Origin: Caldimicrobium thiodismutans | Lineage (GTDB): Bacteria > Desulfobacterota > Thermodesulfobacteria > Thermodesulfobacteriales > Thermodesulfobacteriaceae | DNA length: 32,000 nt | Reading direction: 5' to 3' | Assembly: GCF_001548275.1 (NCBI RefSeq) | Contig: NZ_AP014945.1 | Span: 480,001-512,000 of the forward strand | Position numbers and translations under genes: made by a program | Notes under the pieces: model-generated | The model's database searches: none | Told to the model about the DNA's origin: nothing | Seen by the model: only the letters and a program-made list of their open reading frames with translations | Shown here: piece by piece, positions 7,495 through 16,631 of the stretch | Numbering within the stretch: position 1 is the stretch's first letter | Layout of the letters: each line of letters starts with the position of its first letter

Positions 7495-8688
7495 TTAAGG
7501 GATTACATCTGTTAATAAGGTAGTATAGCCATATGGAAAATAAAGATTTTTAGGGTCTAAGTTCAAGGCTTTAAATATTTTTAAAATTTCAGGAAAACTC
7601 TCCTTCACTATCCTTACAAATTCTCTGGTAAGTATGCAATATTGTTTGGCCCTTACAGGAGAGACTTTGATTAAAACCGGGCATCTTCCTCCACAATAAA
7701 ATTCTGCCTGGCACTCTTTGCATCCAAAATAATCCTTATAAAGAACTAAGTTTTTAAGTTTTTCCATGGAAGATTCTTTATCCATATAGACCCCATTATC
7801 CTTAGAAACTCCACCCAAGATAATTTCTTCTCCGTAGTCAGCACAGGGTAATATTTTGCCTCCTTGAATATCAAAATTTCTTAATTTTTCAACTCCGCAG
7901 GCAGTATGTCCTCTGCGGATTCCCTGCATCAAGAAAAAGATAAGTTCGCAGAGGGGTAAGAGGGGGAGAACTTTTCCATCAGAAAGATGCTGTAAAAATA
8001 CTTCTATGAGGATTTGCAAGTCCTTGCTATAACTAATTTTAAATCTCTCAAAGTCTTTGACAGGCTCATTGCCCTCTAAAAGATGCCAGAAAAAATAGGA
8101 AGTCTTATCTTCCCTGTAAAGACTCAAAAATTCCTCTAAACAATCTAAGAGACTCATATTTTCTCTAATAGTTGACCACATAAGAACTGGTAAAGGGACT
8201 TCTTTTTTCAAAAGGCCTAAGTTTTCCTCAATTTTCTTTAAATTTGTCCCCTTTCTAAAGGTATTATGCTGTTTTTCCCGTCCGTCTATGGAGACAATTA
8301 AAAGATTAAGACCAGCAAAAAAATCTTTTTCATGGGGTAGATATTTGTCTATAAGTAGACCATTCGTGTAAAGGATAAAGTTGAGGGATTTATGAGCAAA
8401 TTTTTCCTTCAGGGTATACATAATGGTCTTTAATTTTTCAAAGGATAAGAGGGGTTCCCCTCCATAAAAGGCTATATAAAGGGGATTTGTGTTTTCGTAA
8501 GTAATAAGATAGGTTAATAATTTGAGATCCCTTTCAGGATCTGTTTCCCAATCTTTAAAAAAGCCCTTTCTATCACCATAAATAAGGCTATTTATACAAC
8601 CATCACAGGAGGCATTGCACCTTCCGGTAACAGTAAGGTGGAAAATTCTTGGATAAGTAGTTCCGAGAAAGTCTTCCAGTAACACCAT
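7495..8688 (-). CDS. Radical SAM enzyme with C-terminal SPASM domain
   Basis: The CxxxCxxC motif is GRCNASCDGC and the SAM-binding block is FYGGEPLL. The C-terminal segment has CGVEKLRNFDIQGGKILPC followed by an exact CX2CX5CX3C (CKECQAEFYCGGRC) and a later YC. Confidence 0.9.
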   Translation of the reverse strand: MVLLEDFLGTTYPRIFHLTVTGRCNASCDGCINSLIYGDRKGFFKDWETDPERDLKLLTYLITYENTNPLYIAFYGGEPLLSFEKLKTIMYTLKEKFAHKSLNFILYTNGLLIDKYLPHEKDFFAGLNLLIVSIDGREKQHNTFRKGTNLKKIEENLGLLKKEVPLPVLMWSTIRENMSLLDCLEEFLSLYREDKTSYFFWHLLEGNEPVKDFERFKISYSKDLQILIEVFLQHLSDGKVLPLLPLCELIFFLMQGIRRGHTACGVEKLRNFDIQGGKILPCADYGEEIILGGVSKDNGVYMDKESSMEKLKNLVLYKDYFGCKECQAEFYCGGRCPVLIKVSPVRAKQYCILTREFVRIVKESFPEILKIFKALNLDPKNLYFPYGYTTLLTDVIP

Positions 8689-8812
8689 ATGGTTTTAATT
8701 ATAACATCAAATTTGATTTTAACAATATATTTTTCACAAAAACTTAGGGCCAGATGAATGTAAATCCCTGAAAAATGTGATAATATTTATGTTTTTAGGG
8801 GGGTTACCAAAA

Positions 8813-9631
8813 ATGAAAAAGTTTAAAATTTTTTTGATTTTACTTTTGATACTATTTCTGGGTTATGTCTTTGTATATCCCTGGTTTATTCCTCTTGAAT
8901 ATCTGAAAAGAGAAAATCCAGGGCTCACTGCTATGATGAAATATCGTCAAAAGCAATGGGAAAGGGAGGGAAAGAATATAAAGCTTAGACAGAGCTGGGT
9001 GCCTCTTAAAAAGATTTCTCCCTATTTGATTAAAGCAGTTCTTATAGCTGAGGATGATAAATTTTACAGGCATGCTGGTTTTGATCTTGATGCCCTTGAA
9101 AAGGCCCTGGAAAAAAACTTGCAGGCAGGTAAAATTAAATATGGCGGAAGCACTATTTCTCAGCAGACAGCTAAAAATCTTTTTTTGAGCCCCTCTAAAA
9201 ATCCCATAAGAAAGATTCAAGAGGCTATTTTGACTTTTCGTCTTGAGAGGACCTTAAGCAAGAAGCGTATCCTTGAGATTTATTTAAATATTGCAGAGTG
9301 GGGGCAAGGAATCTTTGGGATTGAAGAGGCCTCGAAGTTCTATTATCGTAAATCAGCATCAGGGCTAACTCCCTGGGAATCAGCAAGATTAGCCTCTGTT
9401 TTACCTAATCCCTTGAAGTATAATCCCCTTGGGAATTCTCCTTATGTGGAAAAGCGCTCCCGACTCATTTATTATATCATGAAAAAACGGGGTATAATTA
9501 AAGAGGAGTATCAGGAGATTGAGAAAGAGGCTGAAAAGGAGGCAGAAAGCGATAAAGTTGAACAAGGTTCTGGGGTCCTCCAGCCAGCTATTCCGCCCTC
9601 TAATTCAACAGAAGAGGGTAAAACTCCTTGA
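8813..9631 (+). CDS. mtgA: Monofunctional peptidoglycan glycosyltransferase (GT51)
   Basis: GT51 motifs AEDDKFYRHAGFD, GGSTISQQTAKNLFL and RKIQEAILTFRLE are present, with an N-terminal TM helix. ATG at 8813 (MKKFKIFLILL) is preferred over GTG at 8777. The C-terminal tail is acidic and low-complexity. Confidence 0.85.
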   Translation: MKKFKIFLILLLILFLGYVFVYPWFIPLEYLKRENPGLTAMMKYRQKQWEREGKNIKLRQSWVPLKKISPYLIKAVLIAEDDKFYRHAGFDLDALEKALEKNLQAGKIKYGGSTISQQTAKNLFLSPSKNPIRKIQEAILTFRLERTLSKKRILEIYLNIAEWGQGIFGIEEASKFYYRKSASGLTPWESARLASVLPNPLKYNPLGNSPYVEKRSRLIYYIMKKRGIIKEEYQEIEKEAEKEAESDKVEQGSGVLQPAIPPSNSTEEGKTP

Positions 9632-9643
9632 GCTTTCCATGAA

Positions 9644-10075
9644 TTAAAATATGGTTTTTCCTTCCCACTCTTTTTCGAGTTCCTCTGCAGCTTTTTCCTT
9701 TTCCTTAACCATTAATTCCCAATCTGTTCTTTTTTCAAAAAGGGAGACCTCGGTGCGGATTAGATTCTGGCGAAAATGCGGGCGTGAAAGATAAGGAAGA
9801 ACTGCTTTTAAAAAGTTTTGCTTTATACTTTTATAGACCTCCCAGACCTCTTCTTCGGGAATGAAGGTTCTTTCCTTGCGATATCTGTAATAGAGGTTCC
9901 CATCCGTATTTTCTAAAAAATACCGGTAATAAAGCTCATCTGAAAAGTCTTCTCTCTCAGGAGTAACCCGGATTTGAGCAAGGAAGCCAACCAACCAGCG
10001 ATCTCCAGCAATTTTTCTTGAATAATCCCAGATTTCAAGGGTAAGGCCATTTTCAAGCTGAATTTTTTCTAACAT
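9644..10075 (-). CDS. Hypothetical cytoplasmic protein, no family recognised
   Basis: Listed as ORF 9644..10132. The internal ATG at 10075 (MLEKIQLENG...) has a strong SD (gggaggg) 5 nt upstream, so I call the shorter 143-aa form. Composition is protein-like. Confidence 0.65.
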   Translation of the reverse strand: MLEKIQLENGLTLEIWDYSRKIAGDRWLVGFLAQIRVTPEREDFSDELYYRYFLENTDGNLYYRYRKERTFIPEEEVWEVYKSIKQNFLKAVLPYLSRPHFRQNLIRTEVSLFEKRTDWELMVKEKEKAAEELEKEWEGKTIF

Positions 10076-10164
10076 TTTTCCCTCCCATTTAGGGTCAGAA
10101 CCAGCGCAAGGAGGCAGCCAATTGTAACCCATAATTTATTTAAAAATACTACTCTGCTCCAGAT

Positions 10165-10394
10165 TTTCAAGTCGCCTTATCCTTTAAGTATATTCACCAT
10201 CAATATAGGGGACAACTCTAAAGTGCCTGCCCTAATGGTGCAAAGGAAAACACAACGGGCAAATACTTCGCCACAAAGGGGCAAACACATAGGCTTGCCC
10301 CTACAAAAAAATACAGGTTCATTTTCCTGCAACCGAAGTAGGAGAAAAATCTTCTTAAGTCTCAAAAGATATGGACTTATACATATACTTGAAA
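10165..10394 (+). repeat. Mosaic intergenic repeat, copy B (upstream of the HlyD/ABC operon)
   Basis: 10251..10304 aligns with rc(2156..2216), including the hairpin gggcaa-acacataggc-ttgccc. 10357..10384 is 26/28 identical to 31683..31710. The element is bounded by an exact 8-nt inverted repeat, tttcaagt (10165..10172) and acttgaaa (10387..10394). Confidence 0.65.
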
Positions 10395-10422
10395 GATTAA
10401 GAGGAAAAGGTATATTTGGTTT

Positions 10423-11529
10423 GTGCGAAAAATTTATATTTTCTTTGGAATTACAATTCTTGCTTTAATCCTTCTTATAATTTTCTCTCAGAAGCTCTTT
10501 AATAAGTCATATCAAAAAGTTGAGATAAGACCAGTTAAAAAATTAATTTATGCTTCTGGTTATGTTAAACCTTTAAATTATGTTTTAATTAAGGCGGAGG
10601 TATCAGGGTATGTAAAAAGACTTTATGTAAAGGAAGGAGATTATGTTAGAAAGGGAGAGATCCTTGCTGAACTTGAAGTTAAGGGGCTACCTTCAAGGAT
10701 TGCAGAAATAGAGGCTAAACTTGCTTTAATAGAGGAGCGGTTAAGATCAGATTCTGATTTTCAAAGAGGTCTAAAGCGGGAAATAGAGATAGCTAAAACA
10801 AATCTAATTAATGAAGAAAAGAAACTTTTGCGGAGAAGAGAGCTTTTCAAAGAGGGTCTTTTACCTAAGGAGTCCTTGGATGAGGCAGAGAGAAGCTTTT
10901 ATAATGCCAAAGATTATTTTGAAAGGCTTAAAAATTCCTTTGAAGACACCCTTAAAGGTCTTAAGGCGGAAAAACATGCTCTTTTACAGCAAAAGAGGGC
11001 TCTTCAAGAAGAGGTCTCCAAGTATTATGTGCAAGCTCCAGTAGCAGGTTTTATACTTAAAAAATATGTAGAGCTCGGAGATTATGTAAATGCCCTCTCC
11101 GGAGAAAACCGGCTATTTAGCCTTGGCAGTTCTGATTTTGAGGTAGTCCTTGAAGTAGACGAAGAATATGCTGGGCTGGTAAAGGAGGGACAAAAGGTTT
11201 TTTTGGCCTTTGATGCTTACCCAAATGAACTTTTTGAAGGGGAAATTATCCTTGTGATAAGGGAGGTTGAAAGGAACAAGAGAAGTTTTTTTGCCAAGGC
11301 AAAACTTTTAAGGCCCCTTGAGCTTCCAGCTCAAGCAACTGCTGAGGCAAATATAGTTCTTGAGGAGCGAGAGGCCCTGGTTATTCCTTTAAAGGCCCTT
11401 CAGAAAGACAATACTGTTGAGGTAAAGGGCAGGGGTAAAGTTCGTATCCAAGTAGGAGAAAAGTTTGGGGATTATGTGGAGGTGATTTCAGGACTTAAGG
11501 CTGGTGAGGAGGTTAGGATTTTTGAATGA
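10423..11529 (+). CDS. HlyD/MacA-family periplasmic adaptor (membrane fusion protein)
   Basis: 368 aa with an N-terminal TM. The lipoyl-like block is GYVKRLYVKEGDYVRKGEILAEL. A long coiled-coil hairpin follows, then beta-barrel blocks (VQAPVAGFILKKYVELGDYV). GTG start; the stop overlaps the next gene. Confidence 0.85.
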   Translation: MRKIYIFFGITILALILLIIFSQKLFNKSYQKVEIRPVKKLIYASGYVKPLNYVLIKAEVSGYVKRLYVKEGDYVRKGEILAELEVKGLPSRIAEIEAKLALIEERLRSDSDFQRGLKREIEIAKTNLINEEKKLLRRRELFKEGLLPKESLDEAERSFYNAKDYFERLKNSFEDTLKGLKAEKHALLQQKRALQEEVSKYYVQAPVAGFILKKYVELGDYVNALSGENRLFSLGSSDFEVVLEVDEEYAGLVKEGQKVFLAFDAYPNELFEGEIILVIREVERNKRSFFAKAKLLRPLELPAQATAEANIVLEEREALVIPLKALQKDNTVEVKGRGKVRIQVGEKFGDYVEVISGLKAGEEVRIFE

Positions 11530-12770
11530 GATATGTCCTTTTTATAGTCCTTGCTTTTATCAAAAAACGCCGGAAACAGACCTTGGTCTCAATCCTCGGT
11601 GTAGCTATAAGTGTTACCGCCTTTATTGTAATGAGTTCTATTATGTTTGGTTTCCAAAAGTATTTTGTTCAACAGGTTATAGATATTGAAGCTCATTTAA
11701 CCATCAAGCCCAAGGAAGAGACTTCTGAAGAGAGACTAATCCGCAGGGTGGATGAAAAAAGTTTAGTAAAGGTCTATGGCAATAAGCCTAAAGAAAAGGA
11801 TAGAATCCTTGGCTGGCGCGAGATTATGAAGATGGTTGAAAAGTATCCTGAGGTTCTTGGAACAGCCCCACACCTTGAAAGTAAAGGAATTTTAAAATAT
11901 GGAGCCAAGGAAAAACCCGTAAGTCTCATTGGAATTCTTCCTCAACTTGAGAGCAAAACCACCGTTATTGAGCGTTTTACCGAATTCAAAAGGCTTAAGG
12001 CCTTTGAGGTGGACAAAAATACATTAATTATTGGAAGGGTTATTGCAAGGGACCTTGGCATTAATGAACTCAATAAAAAAGTGGTTCTCACCCTACCCAA
12101 TGGTGAGACCAAGATCTTCAAGGTTGTTGATTTTTTAAATTCAGGTATTACAAACATAGATTCCACAAGAGTGTATATCCCCCTTCAGACCCTTCAGGCC
12201 TTACTTGATAGAACAGATGAGGTGAATGCAATCCTGATCAAGATTAAAGATGTTAATAAAGCCGAAGCCTTAGCAAGAAAACTTCAAAGAGAAATCAAAT
12301 ACGAGGTTGAGTCCTGGCAAAAGGCCTATTTAAATTTCCTGAAAATCTTTAAAATCCAAAGCATGATTACCTATATGATTGTTTTTGCTATTATCACGGT
12401 CTCTGCCTTTGGAATCTTTAACATTATTATGATGACGGTAATGGAAAAAAGAAAAGAGATTGCCATACTTATGGCTATGGGTTACAATCCCCGTGATATA
12501 ATCAGTATTTTTCTCTCTTCTGGCTTGATTATTAATATAATTGGTGGAATCCTTGGTTTTATTATGGCCTATGGGATTCTTGAATTTTTGGCTAACCTTG
12601 AGCTAAATATTGAGGGACTTTTGAGGAGCAAAGGATTTATCCTTGATAGGTCCTGGAAGTATTATTTCACAGGGTTTTTTCTTTCTTTTATTTTTTCATT
12701 ATTAGCAAGTTTTTACCCTGCCTATCGGGCAAGTAGGTTAAATCCTGTGGAGATATTTCGGAGTCTCTAA
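11526..12770 (+). CDS. ABC transporter permease, FtsX/MacB/LolCE-type
   Basis: 414 aa with TM1, then a periplasmic domain of about 220 aa, then three C-terminal TMs ending in the typical YPAYRASRLNPVEIFR motif. Confidence 0.9.
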   Translation: MRYVLFIVLAFIKKRRKQTLVSILGVAISVTAFIVMSSIMFGFQKYFVQQVIDIEAHLTIKPKEETSEERLIRRVDEKSLVKVYGNKPKEKDRILGWREIMKMVEKYPEVLGTAPHLESKGILKYGAKEKPVSLIGILPQLESKTTVIERFTEFKRLKAFEVDKNTLIIGRVIARDLGINELNKKVVLTLPNGETKIFKVVDFLNSGITNIDSTRVYIPLQTLQALLDRTDEVNAILIKIKDVNKAEALARKLQREIKYEVESWQKAYLNFLKIFKIQSMITYMIVFAIITVSAFGIFNIIMMTVMEKRKEIAILMAMGYNPRDIISIFLSSGLIINIIGGILGFIMAYGILEFLANLELNIEGLLRSKGFILDRSWKYYFTGFFLSFIFSLLASFYPAYRASRLNPVEIFRSL

Positions 12771-12772
12771 GG

Positions 12773-13453
12773 GTGACTCTCTTAAAACTTTTAAAGATTA
12801 ATAAGTGGGTAGGAGGAGAGAGGATTCTTAAAGATATCTCTCTTGAGATAGTAGAAGGTGAATTCATAGCGATAATTGGGCCATCTGGTTCAGGCAAAAG
12901 TTCTCTTTTGTATATTATGGGTTTTTTAGATTGTCCAAGTTCTGGTGATATACTTTACAGAGGTAAGCCCATAAATTTTGCCGAAGCGAATACAATTTCA
13001 AGGCTCAGAAACGAAAAGATGGGATTTGTTTTCCAGTTTCATTATCTTATTCCAGAGTTAAATCTTATTGAAAATGTTATGGCTCCTCAAATTAGAAAGG
13101 GGATATCTCCAAAGGAGGCTAAGGAAAGGGCAGAAACCCTTTTGGTTAGATTGGGCCTTAAGGGAAAAGAAAAAAGACAGGTCTTTGAGATTTCTGGTGG
13201 AGAGATGCAGAGGGTTGCCATTGCAAGAGCTCTGGCCAATTCTCCGGAGATTTTACTATGCGACGAACCTACGGGAAATCTTGATTCCAAAAATACCGAA
13301 AAGGTTATGGAGATTTTTGAAGAAATCAATCAGGAAGGCACAACAATTGTGCTTGTTACCCATGATCTTAGTTTAGCCAGAAGAGCAAAGAGAATTATAG
13401 AGATGAGAGATGGTGAAATCCTCAAGACAACTCCTCTCAATGGAGCGCTATGA
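12773..13453 (+). CDS. ABC transporter ATP-binding protein (MacB/LolD-type)
   Basis: Walker A is GPSGSGKSS, the signature is SGGEMQRVAIARAL, Walker B is LLCDEPTGNLD, and the H-loop is VTHD. Confidence 0.95.
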   Translation: MTLLKLLKINKWVGGERILKDISLEIVEGEFIAIIGPSGSGKSSLLYIMGFLDCPSSGDILYRGKPINFAEANTISRLRNEKMGFVFQFHYLIPELNLIENVMAPQIRKGISPKEAKERAETLLVRLGLKGKEKRQVFEISGGEMQRVAIARALANSPEILLCDEPTGNLDSKNTEKVMEIFEEINQEGTTIVLVTHDLSLARRAKRIIEMRDGEILKTTPLNGAL

Positions 13454-13721
13454 ATTTTTTTTAAAATTCCTTGACGAAAAAGATAGGATCTATCTAAAAG
13501 AACTTTTTTATTTTGAGCCTGATTGTGCGGAATTTATTTCTCGTAGGCTCAATATTGACTTGAAAGAAATCAAAGGGCGTCTTAAATTTTTAGAAAATTT
13601 AGGTATCATTAAAAGGGTTTTTATTAAAGAAAACTATATTTATTTTGAAATAAGGCCTGAGTGGAGGGCATTTTTACGAAAATATTATATGGAAGGGAGA
13701 GATGATGAATCAAGAGGTTGA
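13440..13721 (+). CDS. Small hypothetical protein, possible winged-helix fold
   Basis: The ATG at 13440 ([10 protein letters not shown]...) overlaps the ABC ATPase end by 14 nt, and the 3' end overlaps the lon start. The segment [42 protein letters not shown] looks like HTH plus wing. I recognise no family. Confidence 0.5.
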   Translation: MERYEFFLKFLDEKDRIYLKELFYFEPDCAEFISRRLNIDLKEIKGRLKFLENLGIIKRVFIKENYIYFEIRPEWRAFLRKYYMEGRDDESRG

Positions 13722-16068
13722 AGAGACTTTAACAGAAGTTCAGGAAGGAGAAATCATAGATGTCCCTGAGGTTTTACCCCTTATGGCAATAAGGGACATG
13801 GTTTTATTCCCCTCTATGGTCGTCCCCCTTTTTGTAGGGCGAACCAAATCTTTGAAGGCTATTGCGGAAGCCTATGAGAGAGAAAAACTTATTGTCCTTG
13901 TTACTCAGAAGAATTCGCGGCTTGAAAATCCCAAGGAAAAGGATCTTTACCGCATTGGAACCCTTGCCTTAATTCTCAAAACGATTACTCTTTCTGAAAT
14001 TCGTAAAAAAGTAATTGTCCAGGTTATTTCAAGGGTTGAGATAAAGGAGTTTTTAAAAAGTGAGCCCTTTTTTGAGGTAAGAATTGAGCCCTGTAAAGAA
14101 AGGGAACCTGAGGCTATAACCCCTGATATTGAAGCCCTCATGCGCTCCATTAAAGAAAATACTGAGAAACTGCTCAATCTTAAAGGGCTCCTTAACCCTG
14201 AAATATCTCATGTAATTCAATCTATAGAAGAACCAGGCAGACTCTCAGACCTTGTCAGTGCATACCTGAAACTTAAAGTCTCTACAGCTCAGGATCTTCT
14301 TGAGACCTTGGATGGCTTTGAGAGACTGAAAAAGATATCTAAGATACTTCTTGAGGAGATTGAGATAACCACTCTTCAAAATAAGATTCAGAGCGAAGCG
14401 CAGGAAGAGATGGGAAGAACTCAGAGGGAATATTTCTTGCGTCAGCAGTTGCGAGCCATAAAACGGGAACTTGGTGAGGAAGAGGACATTGAATCTGAGA
14501 TTATTGAAATTCGTAAAAAGATTAAAAAGGCCAAAATGCCCAAGAAGGTTGAAGAGGAGGCCTTCAGACAGCTTAAACGCTTAGAGATGATGCACCCTGA
14601 ATCAGCTGAAGCTGCAGTTTTGAGAAATTATCTTGAATGGTTGATTGAGCTTCCCTGGAGTATCTCTACCACCGATAATTTAGATCTAAAACATGTGAAA
14701 GAGGTGCTGGATGAGGATCACTATGATCTTGAAAAAATTAAAGAGAGGCTCCTTGAGTTTTTAGCAGTTAAGAAGATTAATCCCAAGGCTAAAGGAGCTA
14801 TTATTTGTTTTGTTGGTCCACCAGGGGTTGGAAAAACAAGTCTTGGAAGGTCGATTGCTAAGGCCTTAGGTAGAAAGTTTGTGAGAGTTGCCCTGGGTGG
14901 AGTTAGGGATGAGGCAGAAATTAGAGGTCACAGGAGAACCTATGTGGGGGCTTTGCCTGGAAGAATTATCCAGGGTATTAAGCAGGCTGGGGTAAACAAT
15001 CCTGTTTTTCTCCTGGATGAGATTGACAAGCTCTGCATCTCCTTTCAGGGAGACCCTTCCGCTGCACTTCTTGAGGTGCTTGATCCTGAGCAGAATAAAG
15101 AATTTATTGATCACTATCTGGATGTGCCCTTTGATTTATCCAAGGTGCTTTTTATTGCCACTGCAAATATGGTTGAGCCCATTCCGCGGGTTCTCCTTGA
15201 CAGGATGGAGACTATTTATCTCTCTGGCTATACTTACAAAGAAAAACTTGAAATTGCCAAAAGGCACCTTCTTCCCAAATTGTTAAAGGAGCACGGGCTT
15301 AAAAAGAAGAATTTTCAATTGAAGGATGAGGTTATTTTACGGATAATAGAAGAATACACTTCTGAATCAGGTGTTAGAGAACTTGAAAGAAAACTTGCTG
15401 CCCTTTGTAGAAAGATAGTTCGTAAGATGGCGGAAGGTGAAACAGGGCCTTTTGAGATAAAAGAAGAAAATTTACCTGAATTTTTAGGTCCTCCAGAGTT
15501 TATTGAGGATCTGAGACTTACTCAGGATGAGATAGGTGTTGCAACAGGACTTGCCTGGACTCCTTATGGAGGAGAAGTTCTCTATGTAGAGGCAGTGATC
15601 ATGCCTGGAAAGGGTAATCTGATTTTAACGGGTTCCTTAGGAGATGTAATGAAAGAGAGTGCTCAGGCAGCCCTTTCTTATATTCGCTCGCGCTGTGATG
15701 AGCTTGGAATTGATCCAAAGTTTTATACAAAATACGATTTTCATGTCCATGTTCCTGCGGGGGCCATCCCTAAGGATGGACCAAGTGCAGGGGTTACCAT
15801 AGCTATGGCTTTAATCTCTTCTCTTATAAAAAAGCCCCTTTCTAAGGACTATGCTATGACTGGAGAGATAACCTTGAGGGGAAGAATTCTTCCAGTAGGA
15901 GGGATCAAGGAAAAGGCTCTGGCTGCTTTAAGAAAGGGCATAACCCGTGTAATAATTCCTGCTCAAAATGAAAAAGATCTTCAAGAGATACCAGAGGACT
16001 TAAGAGATCAGATTACATTTATAAAAGTTTCACATTTAGATGAAATCAGAAAATTGGTGATAAAATAA
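13702..16068 (+). CDS. lon: ATP-dependent Lon protease (LonA)
   Basis: 788 aa with the LON N-domain ([23 protein letters not shown]), Walker [10 protein letters not shown], Walker B FLLDEIDK, and the protease serine motif KDGPSAGVT with a downstream K (GGIKEK). Confidence 0.97.
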   Translation: MMNQEVEETLTEVQEGEIIDVPEVLPLMAIRDMVLFPSMVVPLFVGRTKSLKAIAEAYEREKLIVLVTQKNSRLENPKEKDLYRIGTLALILKTITLSEIRKKVIVQVISRVEIKEFLKSEPFFEVRIEPCKEREPEAITPDIEALMRSIKENTEKLLNLKGLLNPEISHVIQSIEEPGRLSDLVSAYLKLKVSTAQDLLETLDGFERLKKISKILLEEIEITTLQNKIQSEAQEEMGRTQREYFLRQQLRAIKRELGEEEDIESEIIEIRKKIKKAKMPKKVEEEAFRQLKRLEMMHPESAEAAVLRNYLEWLIELPWSISTTDNLDLKHVKEVLDEDHYDLEKIKERLLEFLAVKKINPKAKGAIICFVGPPGVGKTSLGRSIAKALGRKFVRVALGGVRDEAEIRGHRRTYVGALPGRIIQGIKQAGVNNPVFLLDEIDKLCISFQGDPSAALLEVLDPEQNKEFIDHYLDVPFDLSKVLFIATANMVEPIPRVLLDRMETIYLSGYTYKEKLEIAKRHLLPKLLKEHGLKKKNFQLKDEVILRIIEEYTSESGVRELERKLAALCRKIVRKMAEGETGPFEIKEENLPEFLGPPEFIEDLRLTQDEIGVATGLAWTPYGGEVLYVEAVIMPGKGNLILTGSLGDVMKESAQAALSYIRSRCDELGIDPKFYTKYDFHVHVPAGAIPKDGPSAGVTIAMALISSLIKKPLSKDYAMTGEITLRGRILPVGGIKEKALAALRKGITRVIIPAQNEKDLQEIPEDLRDQITFIKVSHLDEIRKLVIK

Positions 16069-16073
16069 AAAAT

Positions 16074-16631
16074 ATGGTAGAAGGAAAAAAGAGAGGGCGA
16101 AAACCTAAGGAGAGCCTCGATAGAATTAAGAGAGAACCTCTTGAGATTGTAGATGAAAATTGTGAGCCCCTTGGAGTGCTCTCAAGAGGTGAGGTTCATG
16201 CTCGGGGACTTTCTCATAAAGCTGTGCATATCTTTATATTTAATTCAAAGGGAGAGATATATCTTCAGAAAAGGAACTTAGATAGAGAGGAGCATCCAGG
16301 TCTCTGGAGCTCTTCAGCCTCAGGACATTTAAGCCCTGGGGAGCCTTTACTCCTTGCTGCTCAGAGAGAACTAAAAGAAGAGCTCAAACTTAAAGTTAAG
16401 CTTGATGAGGCCTTTAAGGTTAAACCTTGTGCTGAAACCAACTGGGAGTGTACAACCCTTTTTGTAGGAAATACCGATAAACTTCCTAAACCTAATCCCT
16501 CTGAGATTTCAGAGGGAAAATTTTTCTCAATCTCCGAACTTGAACGACTTATTGCAGAAAGCCCTGAGATATTTAGCCCTACTTTTATTTATCTCTGGAG
16601 GATTTATAAAGAATATTTAGCTCAGGAATAA
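16074..16631 (+). CDS. NUDIX hydrolase
   Basis: The Nudix box is GHLSPGEPLLLAAQRELKEELKL (G-x5-E-x7-REUxEExGU pattern). The fold is similar to IDI/YfcD-like members. Confidence 0.85.
   Translation: MVEGKKRGRKPKESLDRIKREPLEIVDENCEPLGVLSRGEVHARGLSHKAVHIFIFNSKGEIYLQKRNLDREEHPGLWSSSASGHLSPGEPLLLAAQRELKEELKLKVKLDEAFKVKPCAETNWECTTLFVGNTDKLPKPNPSEISEGKFFSISELERLIAESPEIFSPTFIYLWRIYKEYLAQE

Noticed and set aside
7495-8688. Anaerobic sulfatase-maturating enzyme acting on the nearby phosphatase
   Set aside because: The alkaline phosphatase at 4310..5863 has a serine nucleophile in a DSAPAS context rather than a C/S-x-P-x-R formylglycine motif. It is 1.6 kb away on the other strand, and there is no sulfatase gene in the window.
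10371-10386. Sigma54 -24/-12 element in the repeat 3' block (TGGAC..)
   Set aside because: The GG is followed at the required spacing by AC/AT rather than the conserved GC of TTGC, so it does not fit the consensus.
10177-10468. ORFs 10177..10365 (-) and 10223..10468 (+)
   Set aside because: Both lie within repeat copy B and the HlyD 5' region. They are mutually antisense, have basic low-complexity translations, and show no frame conservation with copies A and C.
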